From an uncultured Saprospiraceae bacterium (GTDB taxonomy: Bacteria > Bacteroidota > Bacteroidia > Chitinophagales > Saprospiraceae): 64,000 nucleotides of DNA. The stretch spans positions 14,360 to 78,359 of the forward strand of contig CAYYWZ010000001.1 in assembly GCA_964475415.1 (NCBI GenBank), written 5' to 3'. The translations under genes were made by a program, and so were the position numbers. Below the pieces are notes generated by a model. That model was not told the origin of the DNA, did not search any database, and was given only the letters and a program-made list of their open reading frames with translations. Shown in pieces: positions 1 through 9,451 of this stretch (position 1 is its first letter; every line of letters starts with the position of its first letter).

Positions 1-1450
1 TATCTAGATTATTTACATAATTAAACTTAAATGCATCAAACCTCAGGCCAGGTTGTATAAGTAACTTTCCAAAATCTAATTCAAGATTTGCAAAAGCAAA
101 AACGTTTTTCTCATCTACATCTCCAAACTGAAAACGCTGAAGTGTAGTCTTCCTGTTAAGTGTACTAGATAATTCATTATCTACAACTTCGTCAGCCCTT
201 AGACCTACCCCTAACTGAAGAAAAGTGCTCGTAGTATTTAAGAAGCCAGATTGGTTCCACGTGCTTTGAAAACCGTATATTTCTCTTCCTTCTGTTTGTC
301 TTATTTGATCACCATTAACAGGATCCTCTAAGAAAAAAGTGAAGTTAGAGAACAGTTCGAAATCATATAAGCTATAATAAAAATTAGTTTTGACAAAAGT
401 ATTCTGATTTACAGGCTTGCTGTAATCTATAGAAAAATTTGTTCTACTTGTCTGTCCTCCTTCTGTATCATCTACTGCTCCGAACCTAGATATAGTGCCA
501 TCATCTACCAGACGTTGTGGTATCTGTCCTGATGCATCCCACTTACTATTAAAATGAGAGGCTAGTGCAGTAAGTCTACTTCCATTATCTAACTCTCCAC
601 TATACTTAAGCATCATGTTATTACGGAAAAAATTCTGAGAAGACTCGAATGGACCATCAGAAACCATATACTCAGAAGCTAGATATAAATTATGTTTTTC
701 AGTATTAAGTAATTTCACCATACCTAATGCTCTAAAAGTATTGAACCTTCCCGCTTCTAGACTGAACAACGATTGCTTTAACTTATCTTTTGTCTTAAAT
801 TCAGCATACCCTGCAGTAGCAAAATTTCCTTTATCAGCATAATATGGGCCTTTTCCAAAATCTATTGAAGCGACTGTTTCCGGTATTAGAAAATGCAAAT
901 CTGCATACCCTTGTCCATGTGCATGAGAAACCATATTTACTGGCATTCCATCTACTGATATTGCAATATCAGTACCATGATCAATATCAAATCCTCTGAG
1001 AAAAATTTGCTCAGCTTTTCCTCCTCCAGCATGTTGGCCTATAAACAACCCAGGTAATATTCGCAAAACTTCCTGAGATGACTTAAATGGTTTCACATTA
1101 AAATCTAACGTGGAGATTATGTTAAGCTTTTTGATATTCTGACCGACCACTATTTCTCCCAACTCGAATACAGCCTCCTTTAATTCGATTTCAATATCTT
1201 CCAGCGATTCTACAACAAAATATTTTTTCTCATATCCTATATGTGAGAATTGTAGACTATCTCCTAATTGTACTAGACGTATAAAAAATCTTCCAAACTC
1301 ATCAGAGTGTGTGTGGATATCTGTTTCTACATGTTTAATATAAGCACCTATAACTGGTTTGTCATACTCATCTACAATCACACCGGTTAGGGTTTGAGAA
1401 TTCAAAGATATTGACACAATAGTGGAAAAAAGAAAAATAAATGTTCTCAT
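1..1450 (-). CDS. TonB-dependent outer-membrane receptor, N-terminal part only (C-terminus lies beyond window start)
   Basis: Absent from the ORF track because there is no stop in the window. My minus-strand translation from ATG 1450..1448 gives signal peptide MRTFIFLFSTIVSISLNSQ. It also shows a carboxypeptidase-regulatory-like N-domain (TLTGVIVDEYDKPVIGAYI) and plug motifs (LPGLFIGQHAGGGKAEQIFLRGFD, DGMPVNMVSHAHGQGYADL). The frame stays open to position 1 (..GLRFDAFKFNYVNNLD). Confidence 0.8.
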   Translation of the reverse strand, partial: MRTFIFLFSTIVSISLNSQTLTGVIVDEYDKPVIGAYIKHVETDIHTHSDEFGRFFIRLVQLGDSLQFSHIGYEKKYFVVESLEDIEIELKEAVFELGEIVVGQNIKKLNIISTLDFNVKPFKSSQEVLRILPGLFIGQHAGGGKAEQIFLRGFDIDHGTDIAISVDGMPVNMVSHAHGQGYADLHFLIPETVASIDFGKGPYYADKGNFATAGYAEFKTKDKLKQSLFSLEAGRFNTFRALGMVKLLNTEKHNLYLASEYMVSDGPFESSQNFFRNNMMLKYSGELDNGSRLTALASHFNSKWDASGQIPQRLVDDGTISRFGAVDDTEGGQTSRTNFSIDYSKPVNQNTFVKTNFYYSLYDFELFSNFTFFLEDPVNGDQIRQTEGREIYGFQSTWNQSGFLNTTSTFLQLGVGLRADEVVDNELSSTLNRKTTLQRFQFGDVDEKNVFAFANLELDFGKLLIQPGLRFDAFKFNYVNNLD

Positions 1451-1833
1451 AATTACAAATTCGTTGTAAAACTTAAATCCCTTGGGGGTTAATTTTGGAT
1501 TATCAATAATTTTACCGCTCGAAGATAATCTTAAGAAAACAAATCATAGAAACCAATTCTCAATTTTTTTAACGAAAAATATGATTTTTATCTTAAGAAT
1601 CAACAAACTCTTGTTTTTTCAGATGTTTTGGAGAAAATTTATAGCGCATTTCCATTATAGAATTAAAATTCTGACGGTAATAATAAGACAGACTATATGA
1701 TTTCAATTCCACATGCACGCTGTTTCATTATTTATATTAATACCTTAGGATTGTTGTACCGTTAAAATATAAATCTTTACCTCAAAAAACCAAATAGGTG
1801 GATTATATTATCATTTCGAATAATAAAAAAATA

Positions 1834-2589
1834 ATGTCAAATAGACACCAAATCATTCAACCCAATAATGTTATAGCAAAAAACCTAGCAGAAAACTATA
1901 CTCTAAATAGTAATGAAATACATGTATGGAAAAGTGAGCTTAATGATACAGATGAATTACTTAATTATTATTGCTCATTATTAAGTGAAGATGAAATAGA
2001 AAGATCGGGAAAATTCAAATTTACAAAACACAGAAATTTTTACATTACAGGAAGAGCTAAGTTACGACAGCTTATATCACAATATATTTCTATCAAACCA
2101 AGTAAAATAAAATTTACATATAACAAATATGGGAAACCTTATTTACACGAAAATTCTCTTAAATTCAATATCTCTCATTCTGGAAACAAGGTGTTATTTT
2201 CCTTCAACACAGAAAATGAAATAGGGGCAGATATAGAATTAATAAATAAGGATCTAGAAATCTATAGATTAGTAAATAGATTTTTCTCACTAAAGGAAGC
2301 TAACACGATAGTTGCATTAGATCCTGAAAATGCGCATGATTATTTTTTTAGATGCTGGACCAGAAAAGAGGCCTTTATTAAAGCCCACGGCCAGGGGCTA
2401 AGTCTACCCTTAGATCAGTTTCAAGTAAGCATATTACAAGACAATGATGTAGAGATAGAAAAAATAAAATGGAATCCTACAAGTATACACACTTGGCAAT
2501 TGTACTCCTTTGCCTATTCTTGTGATTCTGTCTGCGCAGTAGCCCTAAATACAGAACAGAAAAAAAAATTAGTGCACTTTAAGTTTTAA
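1834..2589 (+). CDS. 4'-phosphopantetheinyl transferase, Sfp type
   Basis: Motifs FNISHSGNKVLFSF, GADIE and WTRKEAFIKAHGQGL are typical of Sfp-type PPTases. I prefer ATG at 1834 (MSNRHQ) over the GTG at 1798 in the track. Confidence 0.8.
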   Translation: MSNRHQIIQPNNVIAKNLAENYTLNSNEIHVWKSELNDTDELLNYYCSLLSEDEIERSGKFKFTKHRNFYITGRAKLRQLISQYISIKPSKIKFTYNKYGKPYLHENSLKFNISHSGNKVLFSFNTENEIGADIELINKDLEIYRLVNRFFSLKEANTIVALDPENAHDYFFRCWTRKEAFIKAHGQGLSLPLDQFQVSILQDNDVEIEKIKWNPTSIHTWQLYSFAYSCDSVCAVALNTEQKKKLVHFKF

Positions 2590-2614
2590 TGATTTGTGAT
2601 TATTAGAAAATAAT

Positions 2615-3136
2615 TTATCTACCCTCTCCTATATACTTATCAGGCAATAAATTATCTTTTGATTCTGCCTCCCAGCTGATATTTACAATCCAATATCGAT
2701 CTCCATCATACATAATTTGTATACTGTTAATCCCACGCATAAATGGCTTAGCGTCCTTACTAGACTTATAAGCTTCATAGGTAGAAAAAACATGTGTCAA
2801 GGAACCGAAGTTTTCTGTTACCCGAAATATTTCTTTTTCTATAAATCCATTTTCCACTAACCAAGAACCTGAATTGCTGATATAATCATCCGGACTAAGA
2901 TAGCTCGCAACACTTTTTCCTTCCTTGTTCTTCCTTATCGGAATAAGTTTCGCATCACTAGTAAATAAATATCTAAAAAGATCCCAATCCCGCTTTACTC
3001 CCGCATCACCAGATATCACATTATATAATGTTTCTATAGTTACATCTATATCCCGCACCTTATCAGTGTAAGGACTCTCTTCCGATTGGCCTAATAAGCC
3101 AAAGGGTAAGACCAAAAATAATATTCGCAAAATCAT
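2615..3136 (-). CDS. Secreted protein of unknown function, possibly NTF2/SnoaL-like fold
   Basis: 173-aa ORF with N-terminal signal peptide (MILRILFLVLPFGLLGQ). Clean ORF, tightly packed next to the neighbouring gene. The fold assignment rests only on the pattern of the C-terminal part (RGINSIQIMYDGDRYWIVNISW). Confidence 0.45.
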   Translation of the reverse strand: MILRILFLVLPFGLLGQSEESPYTDKVRDIDVTIETLYNVISGDAGVKRDWDLFRYLFTSDAKLIPIRKNKEGKSVASYLSPDDYISNSGSWLVENGFIEKEIFRVTENFGSLTHVFSTYEAYKSSKDAKPFMRGINSIQIMYDGDRYWIVNISWEAESKDNLLPDKYIGEGR

Positions 3137-3154
3137 CTATTAGTTTTTTACTTA

Positions 3155-5047
3155 TTACGGTCTACTAATTTCGGAGCTTATGGACTTACCACCCGCAATA
3201 ATAGAAGATGCTCCATGAACAGTAATAAAAGATTTCTCAAAATCATCTTCCTCCGCCTTAAAGATATTATCAACATATTTTTGCGGATTTCTATCTATGT
3301 AAGGAAACCAGGTACTGTGTATCTGTATCATAACTTTATGACCTTTCTTGAAGGTGTGTAATATATCTTGAAGTGGAACATCTACTTCCGTAGGCTCTCC
3401 TGGAACGAATGGTTTCGGAAACTCGTAACTCTCTCTGAACCTACCTCGGAAAGTTTCATGACGCACCAGTTGCTGATAGGAACCCATTATTACATTCTTA
3501 GGATTATGTTCATACTGCGGATGATCTGGAGGATAGACATCTATAAGCTTTATGATAAAGTCTGCATCTGTCCCAGACATAGACACCACAAGCTTAGCTA
3601 ATATCTCTCCAGCAATCGTTAGATCTTCTTCTAAGATCTCTGTTTCGAAAGTAAGCACATCAGGCCGCTTAGAAGCATGGCGCTGATCATCTGTCATAAA
3701 CTTCCTAGGTGTAAATGTCAATCCTTCTGTTTCCGATCTATAAGGAACAGGCTTAGCAGGATCGCTTAGATAATCAAATTCTAAATTAATATCTGTAGGA
3801 TTGTTAACCGATAGCTGCCCTTTATTTCCAAAATATAAACTTACTGGTGGAATATCTTCAGGTGGCCACTGTGCGAAAGTTCTCCACTCTTTCTTTCCCG
3901 TGTCAAACATATAAGCTTCAGGCAATTTAGAATCTGGTCCTCCTTTAAGATAATGATTGAAAAAATTAAATTCTATTTCTTGCTGATAAAAATGGGAAAT
4001 ACTATCTCCGTAATAGATATGATTAACAATTTGCTTTTCATAAGGCCTGGCCCAATCTCCATGTGTCCATGGTCCCATTACAATTGTATTTTTTGCTTTG
4101 GGATTTTCTTTCTCTATTGTTTTGTAAATATTAAGTGGGCCGTACAGATCTTCCGCATCATACCAGCCTCCTACAGTCATAACAGCGTGGTCTATGTTTT
4201 TTAGATGAGGAAGGATACTTCTAGAGCTCCAGAATTCATCATAATTAGGATGCTCTACAATCTGTTCCCAGAAAAAATTATCATGATGATATTCTTCTGT
4301 AATATTTTTTAGTGGCCCTTTGTTTAGATGCCACTCATACCCATCAGCAACTTTCTCATCAAAAAATCTACCTATCTCCTTACCGTACCAAGGCTGATCT
4401 GTCAAGCTATCTTTCTGATATCCAAAAACAGCAAAGGCTGCAGTATAACTTTGTAAGTAAGCGCCGTGATGGTGGAAATCATCAAAGAAAAAATCTGCAA
4501 TAGGTGCTTGCGGCGAAGATGCCTTAAGTGCGGGATGAGCATCTGGCAGTGCCGCCGTAGTATAGAATCCAGGATAAGAGACACCATACATCCCTACCCG
4601 ACCATTATTATTTTTTATATTGTCTAGAAGCCATTCTATTGTATCGTAGGTATCAGAACTTTCATCTATATCCTTTTTGTTTTTGACATTGTTTCCAGCA
4701 ATGTTAGGTGTCATATTGTTAAATGTACCACCTGACATATATCTTCCTCTCACATCTTGATAGACTAATATGTACCCATCTTCTATTAAGTATCCAGAAG
4801 GATAAAACCCTAAATTATAATCTCCTTTTACTGAAGCATTATAACAGGTTCTGTTCATCAGAAAAGGATATTTCTCCGATTGATCCTTAGGACTGTAGAC
4901 TATGGTAAATAATTCTACCCCATCTCGCATCGGAATAAAATGCTCTGACTTGTCGTAATGCTGAGCTACATAGGTGGAATCTTTTAGCTGAGCGTGGATA
5001 ATTCCAGGTAGAAGCAGCATAGCAAATAAGTATAGAATATTTTTCAT
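3155..5047 (-). CDS. CocE/NonD family hydrolase (S15 X-Pro dipeptidyl-peptidase-like)
   Basis: 630 aa with a signal peptide and nucleophile motif GMYGVSYPGFY (GxSYxG). Length and C-terminal beta-sandwich region are typical of the CocE/NonD family. Confidence 0.75.
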   Translation of the reverse strand: MKNILYLFAMLLLPGIIHAQLKDSTYVAQHYDKSEHFIPMRDGVELFTIVYSPKDQSEKYPFLMNRTCYNASVKGDYNLGFYPSGYLIEDGYILVYQDVRGRYMSGGTFNNMTPNIAGNNVKNKKDIDESSDTYDTIEWLLDNIKNNNGRVGMYGVSYPGFYTTAALPDAHPALKASSPQAPIADFFFDDFHHHGAYLQSYTAAFAVFGYQKDSLTDQPWYGKEIGRFFDEKVADGYEWHLNKGPLKNITEEYHHDNFFWEQIVEHPNYDEFWSSRSILPHLKNIDHAVMTVGGWYDAEDLYGPLNIYKTIEKENPKAKNTIVMGPWTHGDWARPYEKQIVNHIYYGDSISHFYQQEIEFNFFNHYLKGGPDSKLPEAYMFDTGKKEWRTFAQWPPEDIPPVSLYFGNKGQLSVNNPTDINLEFDYLSDPAKPVPYRSETEGLTFTPRKFMTDDQRHASKRPDVLTFETEILEEDLTIAGEILAKLVVSMSGTDADFIIKLIDVYPPDHPQYEHNPKNVIMGSYQQLVRHETFRGRFRESYEFPKPFVPGEPTEVDVPLQDILHTFKKGHKVMIQIHSTWFPYIDRNPQKYVDNIFKAEEDDFEKSFITVHGASSIIAGGKSISSEISRP

Positions 5048-5196
5048 ATGATTCTGCTTGATTTATTTAGAATGCAAGTTTTAATATCAACTAAAGTTAA
5101 GGTATCTTTTTCGGATATTATGATTGTAAAAAGTTTAATTGTAAAAAGACATGTTAGTTCCTATAAATTCGTACTGCGTTTCGTATTTAACTTGTT

Positions 5197-5240
5197 CAAA
5201 GTAGAAATTGATTGAACTATCAAACAGTTTCAATTTATTT
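5197..5240. repeat. 44-bp direct repeat, copy A
   Basis: caaagtagaaattgattgaactatcaaacagtttcaatttattt matches 5572..5615 at 42 of 44 positions (counted by hand). Confidence 0.9.
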
Positions 5241-5456
5241 CCTATCACCACCAATGTAAAAAAGGATGTTAGTATTTTAAGAGTAAATTTGAAAAGAGGT
5301 GAAGGAGGTGTAAAAAAATCAAGCTCCATAATGATAGATCAACTTAGATCAATCGATAACAAAAGATTTATAAAAAGAACAGGAATCTTACCAAAGAATC
5401 TTCAGCTTGATGTAGTTAAAAATATTGGAATCATACTAGAATTAAGTACAGATTAG
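5238..5456 (+). pseudogene. 3' fragment of a MazF/PemK-family toxin gene (N-terminal part and antitoxin missing)
   Basis: The translation FPITTNVKKDVSILRVNLKRGEGGVKKSSSIMIDQLRSIDNKRFIKRTGILPKNLQLDVVKNIGIILEL follows the MazF/PemK C-terminal pattern (PITs..k, gl.KdSvil.DQiRtiDk.Rl.k.iG.L). Similarity starts exactly at the end of repeat copy A. Confidence 0.6.
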
Positions 5457-5571
5457 AACAGTACAATACTCTCTAAAGATCCTTGGTTTCTTCTAATTAC
5501 TCTATCTTAATAAAACTTCTTGTAACGGCCTGTTGATTTCTCTTCAATGAGATAAAATACAACCCTGCTGG

Positions 5572-5615
5572 CAAAGCAGAAATTGATTGAACTATCAAAC
5601 AGTGTCAATTTATTT
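5572..5615. repeat. 44-bp direct repeat, copy B (overlaps stop codon of the 5610..6263 gene)
   Basis: caaagcagaaattgattgaactatcaaacagtgtcaatttattt; 42/44 identical to copy A, 375 bp downstream of it. Confidence 0.9.
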
Positions 5616-6263
5616 GAGATACATAAAGCTCATCTGAAAAAAGTGCAGTCTACCTCTATTTGATCCAGCGGGATCTCCATTAACATCTACAAGAATTTGT
5701 TGATGTACCTGATTTACTTGCTGAGAGAAACGTAAATTCAGTGATATATTATGCTTAACTAAATAGGAAATACCACCACTTATTCCTATAATCCATCGGT
5801 TAGGTACATCATCGGTAATACTAAGATAATTATCGATTATTTTATGGCTTAGTTTAGCTGTATAATTATAAGAAGGACCAGCAAAAATTGAAAACTTAGT
5901 TGACAGTTTGTATTCTATGCTGGGTGTTACTTCTAAAAATATACCACGTACAGCGTAGTCAGAAAATTTTGCTTTAGTGCCTAGCAAATTGACGTCTAAA
6001 TTAGCGTTAAACTTTAATTTATTAGATACCTTATAGGCAATTCTTGATTTTATGGAAGAAAGGATATTATAACTTTGATCATTGCCTATAATAATTTGAC
6101 CTGTCTGTGCAATATCAACATAATCTATCTTTGAAAAATTAATTCCTAGTCCTAGTCCATACTCCCATTTGGATTGTGCATGCAACTTTGCATAAGAAAT
6201 CAAAAAGAAAAAAAATAATAGTGAAATTATGTGTCTTTGAGAAAATGGTCTGAAAATCTTCAT
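5610..6263 (-). CDS. Outer-membrane beta-barrel (porin-family/OmpA-like N-domain) protein
   Basis: 217 aa with a signal peptide ending AKLHAQ. Alternating hydrophobic beta-strand pattern and a terminal aromatic-rich strand (FFQMSFMYLK). Confidence 0.6.
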   Translation of the reverse strand: MKIFRPFSQRHIISLLFFFFLISYAKLHAQSKWEYGLGLGINFSKIDYVDIAQTGQIIIGNDQSYNILSSIKSRIAYKVSNKLKFNANLDVNLLGTKAKFSDYAVRGIFLEVTPSIEYKLSTKFSIFAGPSYNYTAKLSHKIIDNYLSITDDVPNRWIIGISGGISYLVKHNISLNLRFSQQVNQVHQQILVDVNGDPAGSNRGRLHFFQMSFMYLK

Positions 6264-6444
6264 GATATAAGTAAGTATGATAATACTACTAACTCATTAG
6301 TTTTAAAATTATTGTTACGTTTATAATATAGCTAGCTGTAACGAAGGGTCAATGAAACTAAAAGAATTCAAAAAACGTTAAATTTATAACATGGCGACTA
6401 AAAAGAAATATCTAACGTATTTAGAAGATACTAGAAAGCATCAC

Positions 6445-6771
6445 TTAAAAATTAGACGTCAAGCTAAGTCTACCACCTACTGAATCAAGTTGATTGAAAG
6501 AAGAAATAGAATCGATCAAATTGCAATCGCCTATATAAAATAATCCATCTACATATTTTAATTTATCAAAGGCTGAAAAATCCATTATATCGTCTCCCTC
6601 TATATGAATGCTATGATCAAAGAAAGTACAGTCTGGATAGTTAGCTTTATAATTATCTATCTGTAGTTGGGTATTAAATACTAAATCAAAATCAGGGCAA
6701 TCCTGAGCGCTTAGATCTACTGCTAAAAGAATAATTAAACTAGATATAATTAAAAGCTGCAAACTTTTCAT
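6445..6771 (-). CDS. Small secreted protein; resembles only the first repeats of a leucine-rich/receptor-L-domain T9SS cargo protein, possibly truncated
   Basis: Signal peptide MKSLQLLIISSLIILLAVDLSAQ. It continues DCPDFDLVFNTQLQIDNYKANYPDC..IHIEGDDI.DFSAF..LKYVDGLFYIGDC.L.S. The protein stops after 108 aa with no sorting domain. Confidence 0.35.
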   Translation of the reverse strand: MKSLQLLIISSLIILLAVDLSAQDCPDFDLVFNTQLQIDNYKANYPDCTFFDHSIHIEGDDIMDFSAFDKLKYVDGLFYIGDCNLIDSISSFNQLDSVGGRLSLTSNF

Positions 6772-6917
6772 AATGATATAATAATTAGGCTTTTACAAGA
6801 TAAAGCTTATTAAGCTAAATCTGCTGTTAATGTATCAAATACTATTCGAGAAAAGAACTTACTTTAAATGGAATAGCTTATTATCTTTGAGTTTCTGTAA
6901 AATAAATTCTAAAAACC

Positions 6918-7889
6918 ATGGCCCTAGTCACATTAGATGACTTTATCGATATATACCAAAAGACGGCTCAAAGAGGTGTTCAGTTTATGCTGAGCAAGCT
7001 AAATCCTAATGCTATCTCGAGAACCAAGAGTGCCTTTAGTGATAGTGCAATGTCTAGTGCCAACTGGTGGATTATTCCTGCAGTAAAAAAAAGATGGAAT
7101 CACAAAATAACGGGAGACGAACATATAGAATATGAAAGCTACACCTTAGATAAATATTTCAAAGATCAGAAAAATCTAAGTATGTTATCTATAGGTAGCG
7201 GTGTATGTAGTCATGAACTGAAATTTGCCACTTCTGATACATTCAGTAAAATTACTTGCGTAGATATAGCAGATAATATGCTCCGAAAAGCGGAACAAGA
7301 AGCTCGTAACAAAAATCTTACTAATATGGAGTTTCTCACAGTAGACATATGGAAACACAAGATAGATCCTGCCAGTTATGATGTTGTTTTTTTCCACTCA
7401 TCGCTTCACCACTTTGATAATATTCCAAGCTTTATAAGTGAGAAAATAAAAGTATGGCTTAAGCCTGGAGGCAAACTTATCATCAATGAATACGTAGGGC
7501 CGAATCGACTTCAGTTTCCACAAATACAAAAGCAATATATCAACAAAGGTCTAGGCTTACTTACGGCTAAGTACAAAAAAAGATTCAAGTCCAATCTATC
7601 TAAAAATAAATTTTATGGATCTGGATATTTGAGAATGGTTATTGCTGATCCGTCTGAATGTGTGGCCTCAGCAGCAATCCTTCCAGAGATCTATAAACAC
7701 TTTACAGTAGCAGAAGAAAAACCCTATGGCGGAAATTTACTGATGAATATTCTAAAAGATATCGCACATAATTTTGTAGATGAAACTCAGGAAACAAAGG
7801 TTGAATTAAAAAAAATATTTGATCTAGAAGATGCGTTTTTAAAATCTAATCCTTCTGACTTTATCTTCGGTATCTATGAGAAAAAATAA
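6918..7889 (+). CDS. Class I SAM-dependent methyltransferase
   Basis: Motif I-like MLSIGSGVCSHE, VDIADNML, YDVVFFHSSLHHF and LKPGGKLIINEY. Confidence 0.75.
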   Translation: MALVTLDDFIDIYQKTAQRGVQFMLSKLNPNAISRTKSAFSDSAMSSANWWIIPAVKKRWNHKITGDEHIEYESYTLDKYFKDQKNLSMLSIGSGVCSHELKFATSDTFSKITCVDIADNMLRKAEQEARNKNLTNMEFLTVDIWKHKIDPASYDVVFFHSSLHHFDNIPSFISEKIKVWLKPGGKLIINEYVGPNRLQFPQIQKQYINKGLGLLTAKYKKRFKSNLSKNKFYGSGYLRMVIADPSECVASAAILPEIYKHFTVAEEKPYGGNLLMNILKDIAHNFVDETQETKVELKKIFDLEDAFLKSNPSDFIFGIYEKK

Positions 7890-7997
7890 ATTATAGATCA
7901 TAGCTCTAATAGGATTTTTATTTTCCTATTCTGAAGGTTAAATTACAGACTTTATCTATTCAAAGGTGGTTACGTGTTTGAGGTGGTTTTAAATTTT

Positions 7998-9107
7998 TTA
8001 TTCTAATTCTGGCAAATTAATTATATAATTTGTACTTCGTCCTCCTTCTTCAGAATCTGATAATACTCCTTTGTAAACTAAATCTTGTATATCTTTGAGA
8101 GCAGTATCTCTGTGTACTTTTGTCATCTTAGCCCATTTTGATGAATATAATTTTCCTGTAAAATCATCTTGTAGTTTATTTATCATAAGTATTTGTCTGT
8201 CATTGAATTTGGTGTTTTTATATAGCTCCCAGAATTTTGCTTTTACAAAAATTTTGGATAAAGTTTCGTTCGTTATTTCAAGAGACTCAATAAGCCTTTC
8301 TATATACCATACTAACCATTGACTTATATCCAAACTTCCTTTTTGGGTTGACTCAAGTATATTATAGTATCCTTTTTTAAAAATCATTATCTGAGATGAC
8401 ATGCTATAAAATCTTTGACTTGTTCTGTCTGCTCGTGCTTATTGACAATCTCCGATTGCACGAGCAATTCTACCATTCCCATCATCAAATGGATGTATCG
8501 TTACAAACCATAAATTAGCTATAGCCGATTTTATTACCTGCTCGATTTTATCTTCGGTATTGAACCAATGCAAAAATTGATTCATTTCATTATCCAATCT
8601 TGAAGCTTCAGGAGCTTGATAATGCACCTTTTCTTTACCCAAAGGTCCAGAAAAAAGTTGCAAAAGCCCTCTCTTATCATTTCTCCAATCACCCATTGTA
8701 ATTTTGAACATTCCAGATCTACCTGTAGGAAACAAAGCTGCATGCCATCCACATAATCGGTCTTTAGTCAATTTATTTTTATAATCCTGAGTTGCATCTA
8801 GCATCATTTCGACTACACCTTCAACATTTCTACTTGCATCTGGTAAGCCTGAAATTTCAATTCCAAGTCTACGTGCAACAGATGATCTTACTTCTTTATG
8901 ATTCAGAAATTCACCTTCTATTTCACTTGATTTAATTACGTCTTCGGTTATTGTCTGCAGAATTGCCTCTTCCCTTAGTTCAAAACCTACTCCTTCCATT
9001 CTTCCAATTAATCTACCTTGTAGATCACGTACTTTACTTATTATTGGAAGAAGAATGTCAGTGTCCCATTGGAAGTTTGGCCATTCATTTTTTTGATGTA
9101 TGTACAT
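7998..9107 (-). pseudogene. Fic/DOC family protein (DUF4172-type N-terminus, Fic core, C-terminal winged-helix region) interrupted by a single in-frame TAA
   Basis: ORFs 8439..9107 and 7998..8402 are in the same frame. The junction reads HPFDDGNGRIARAIGDCQ*ARADRTSQRFYSMSSQI. The Fic motif HPFxDGNGRxxR and an inhibitory-helix motif SSEIEG are present. The stop lies at 8439..8441, where my recalled family pattern has Leu, consistent with TTA to TAA. Confidence 0.8.
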
Positions 9108-9168
9108 TTTAGTAGTTATTTGCCGTATTTTTTACGTCGAAAACGGTCTGGATTTGCCGATTAGTAAT

Positions 9169-9393
9169 TTAATAACAGATAATGTACCTGGGAATCAAGA
9201 GATTATTTGGGAGTACTAATTTGTTGTGGATTGAATTTATTGTCTCTTCGTTTTCTAATTTATCTAAGCCTATATAAAAATTAGATATATCTGTTGATAC
9301 GACATTTGCATTCTCATAATTCCTACTTGAGTACTTTTCTCTTAACTTGTTATTATTTGAACAAGAATTAATCAAAAAGATTAATATTGTCAT
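9169..9393 (-). CDS. Hypothetical small lipoprotein-like ORF (possibly a gene fragment)
   Basis: 74-aa ORF with a lipobox-like LINSCS; no recognisable family. Confidence 0.25.
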   Translation of the reverse strand: MTILIFLINSCSNNNKLREKYSSRNYENANVVSTDISNFYIGLDKLENEETINSIHNKLVLPNNLLIPRYIICY

Positions 9394-9451
9394 AAAAAAA
9401 CTAATCTCATTTTTATATTTTTTATTGCCCTAACTAGTCAATTCGTCTACA

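Noticed and set aside
1590-1720. Possible AraC-family C-terminal remnant on the minus strand (..VELKSYSLSYYYRQNFNSIMEMRYKFSPKHLKKQEFVDS*)
   Set aside because: It shows only a loose resemblance to the second HTH of AraC regulators (SYFsR.Fkk.fG.SP..yr). It is about 40 codons long and bounded by stops, so it is too weak to call without a database search.
3368-4587. Several 60-85-aa track ORFs inside 3155..5047
   Set aside because: All are embedded in, or antisense to, the 630-aa CocE/NonD hydrolase gene. None has independent support.
5135-5329. Track ORF 5135..5329 (-)
   Set aside because: It runs through repeat copy A and is antisense to the start of the MazF stub. It has no motifs and is probably non-coding.
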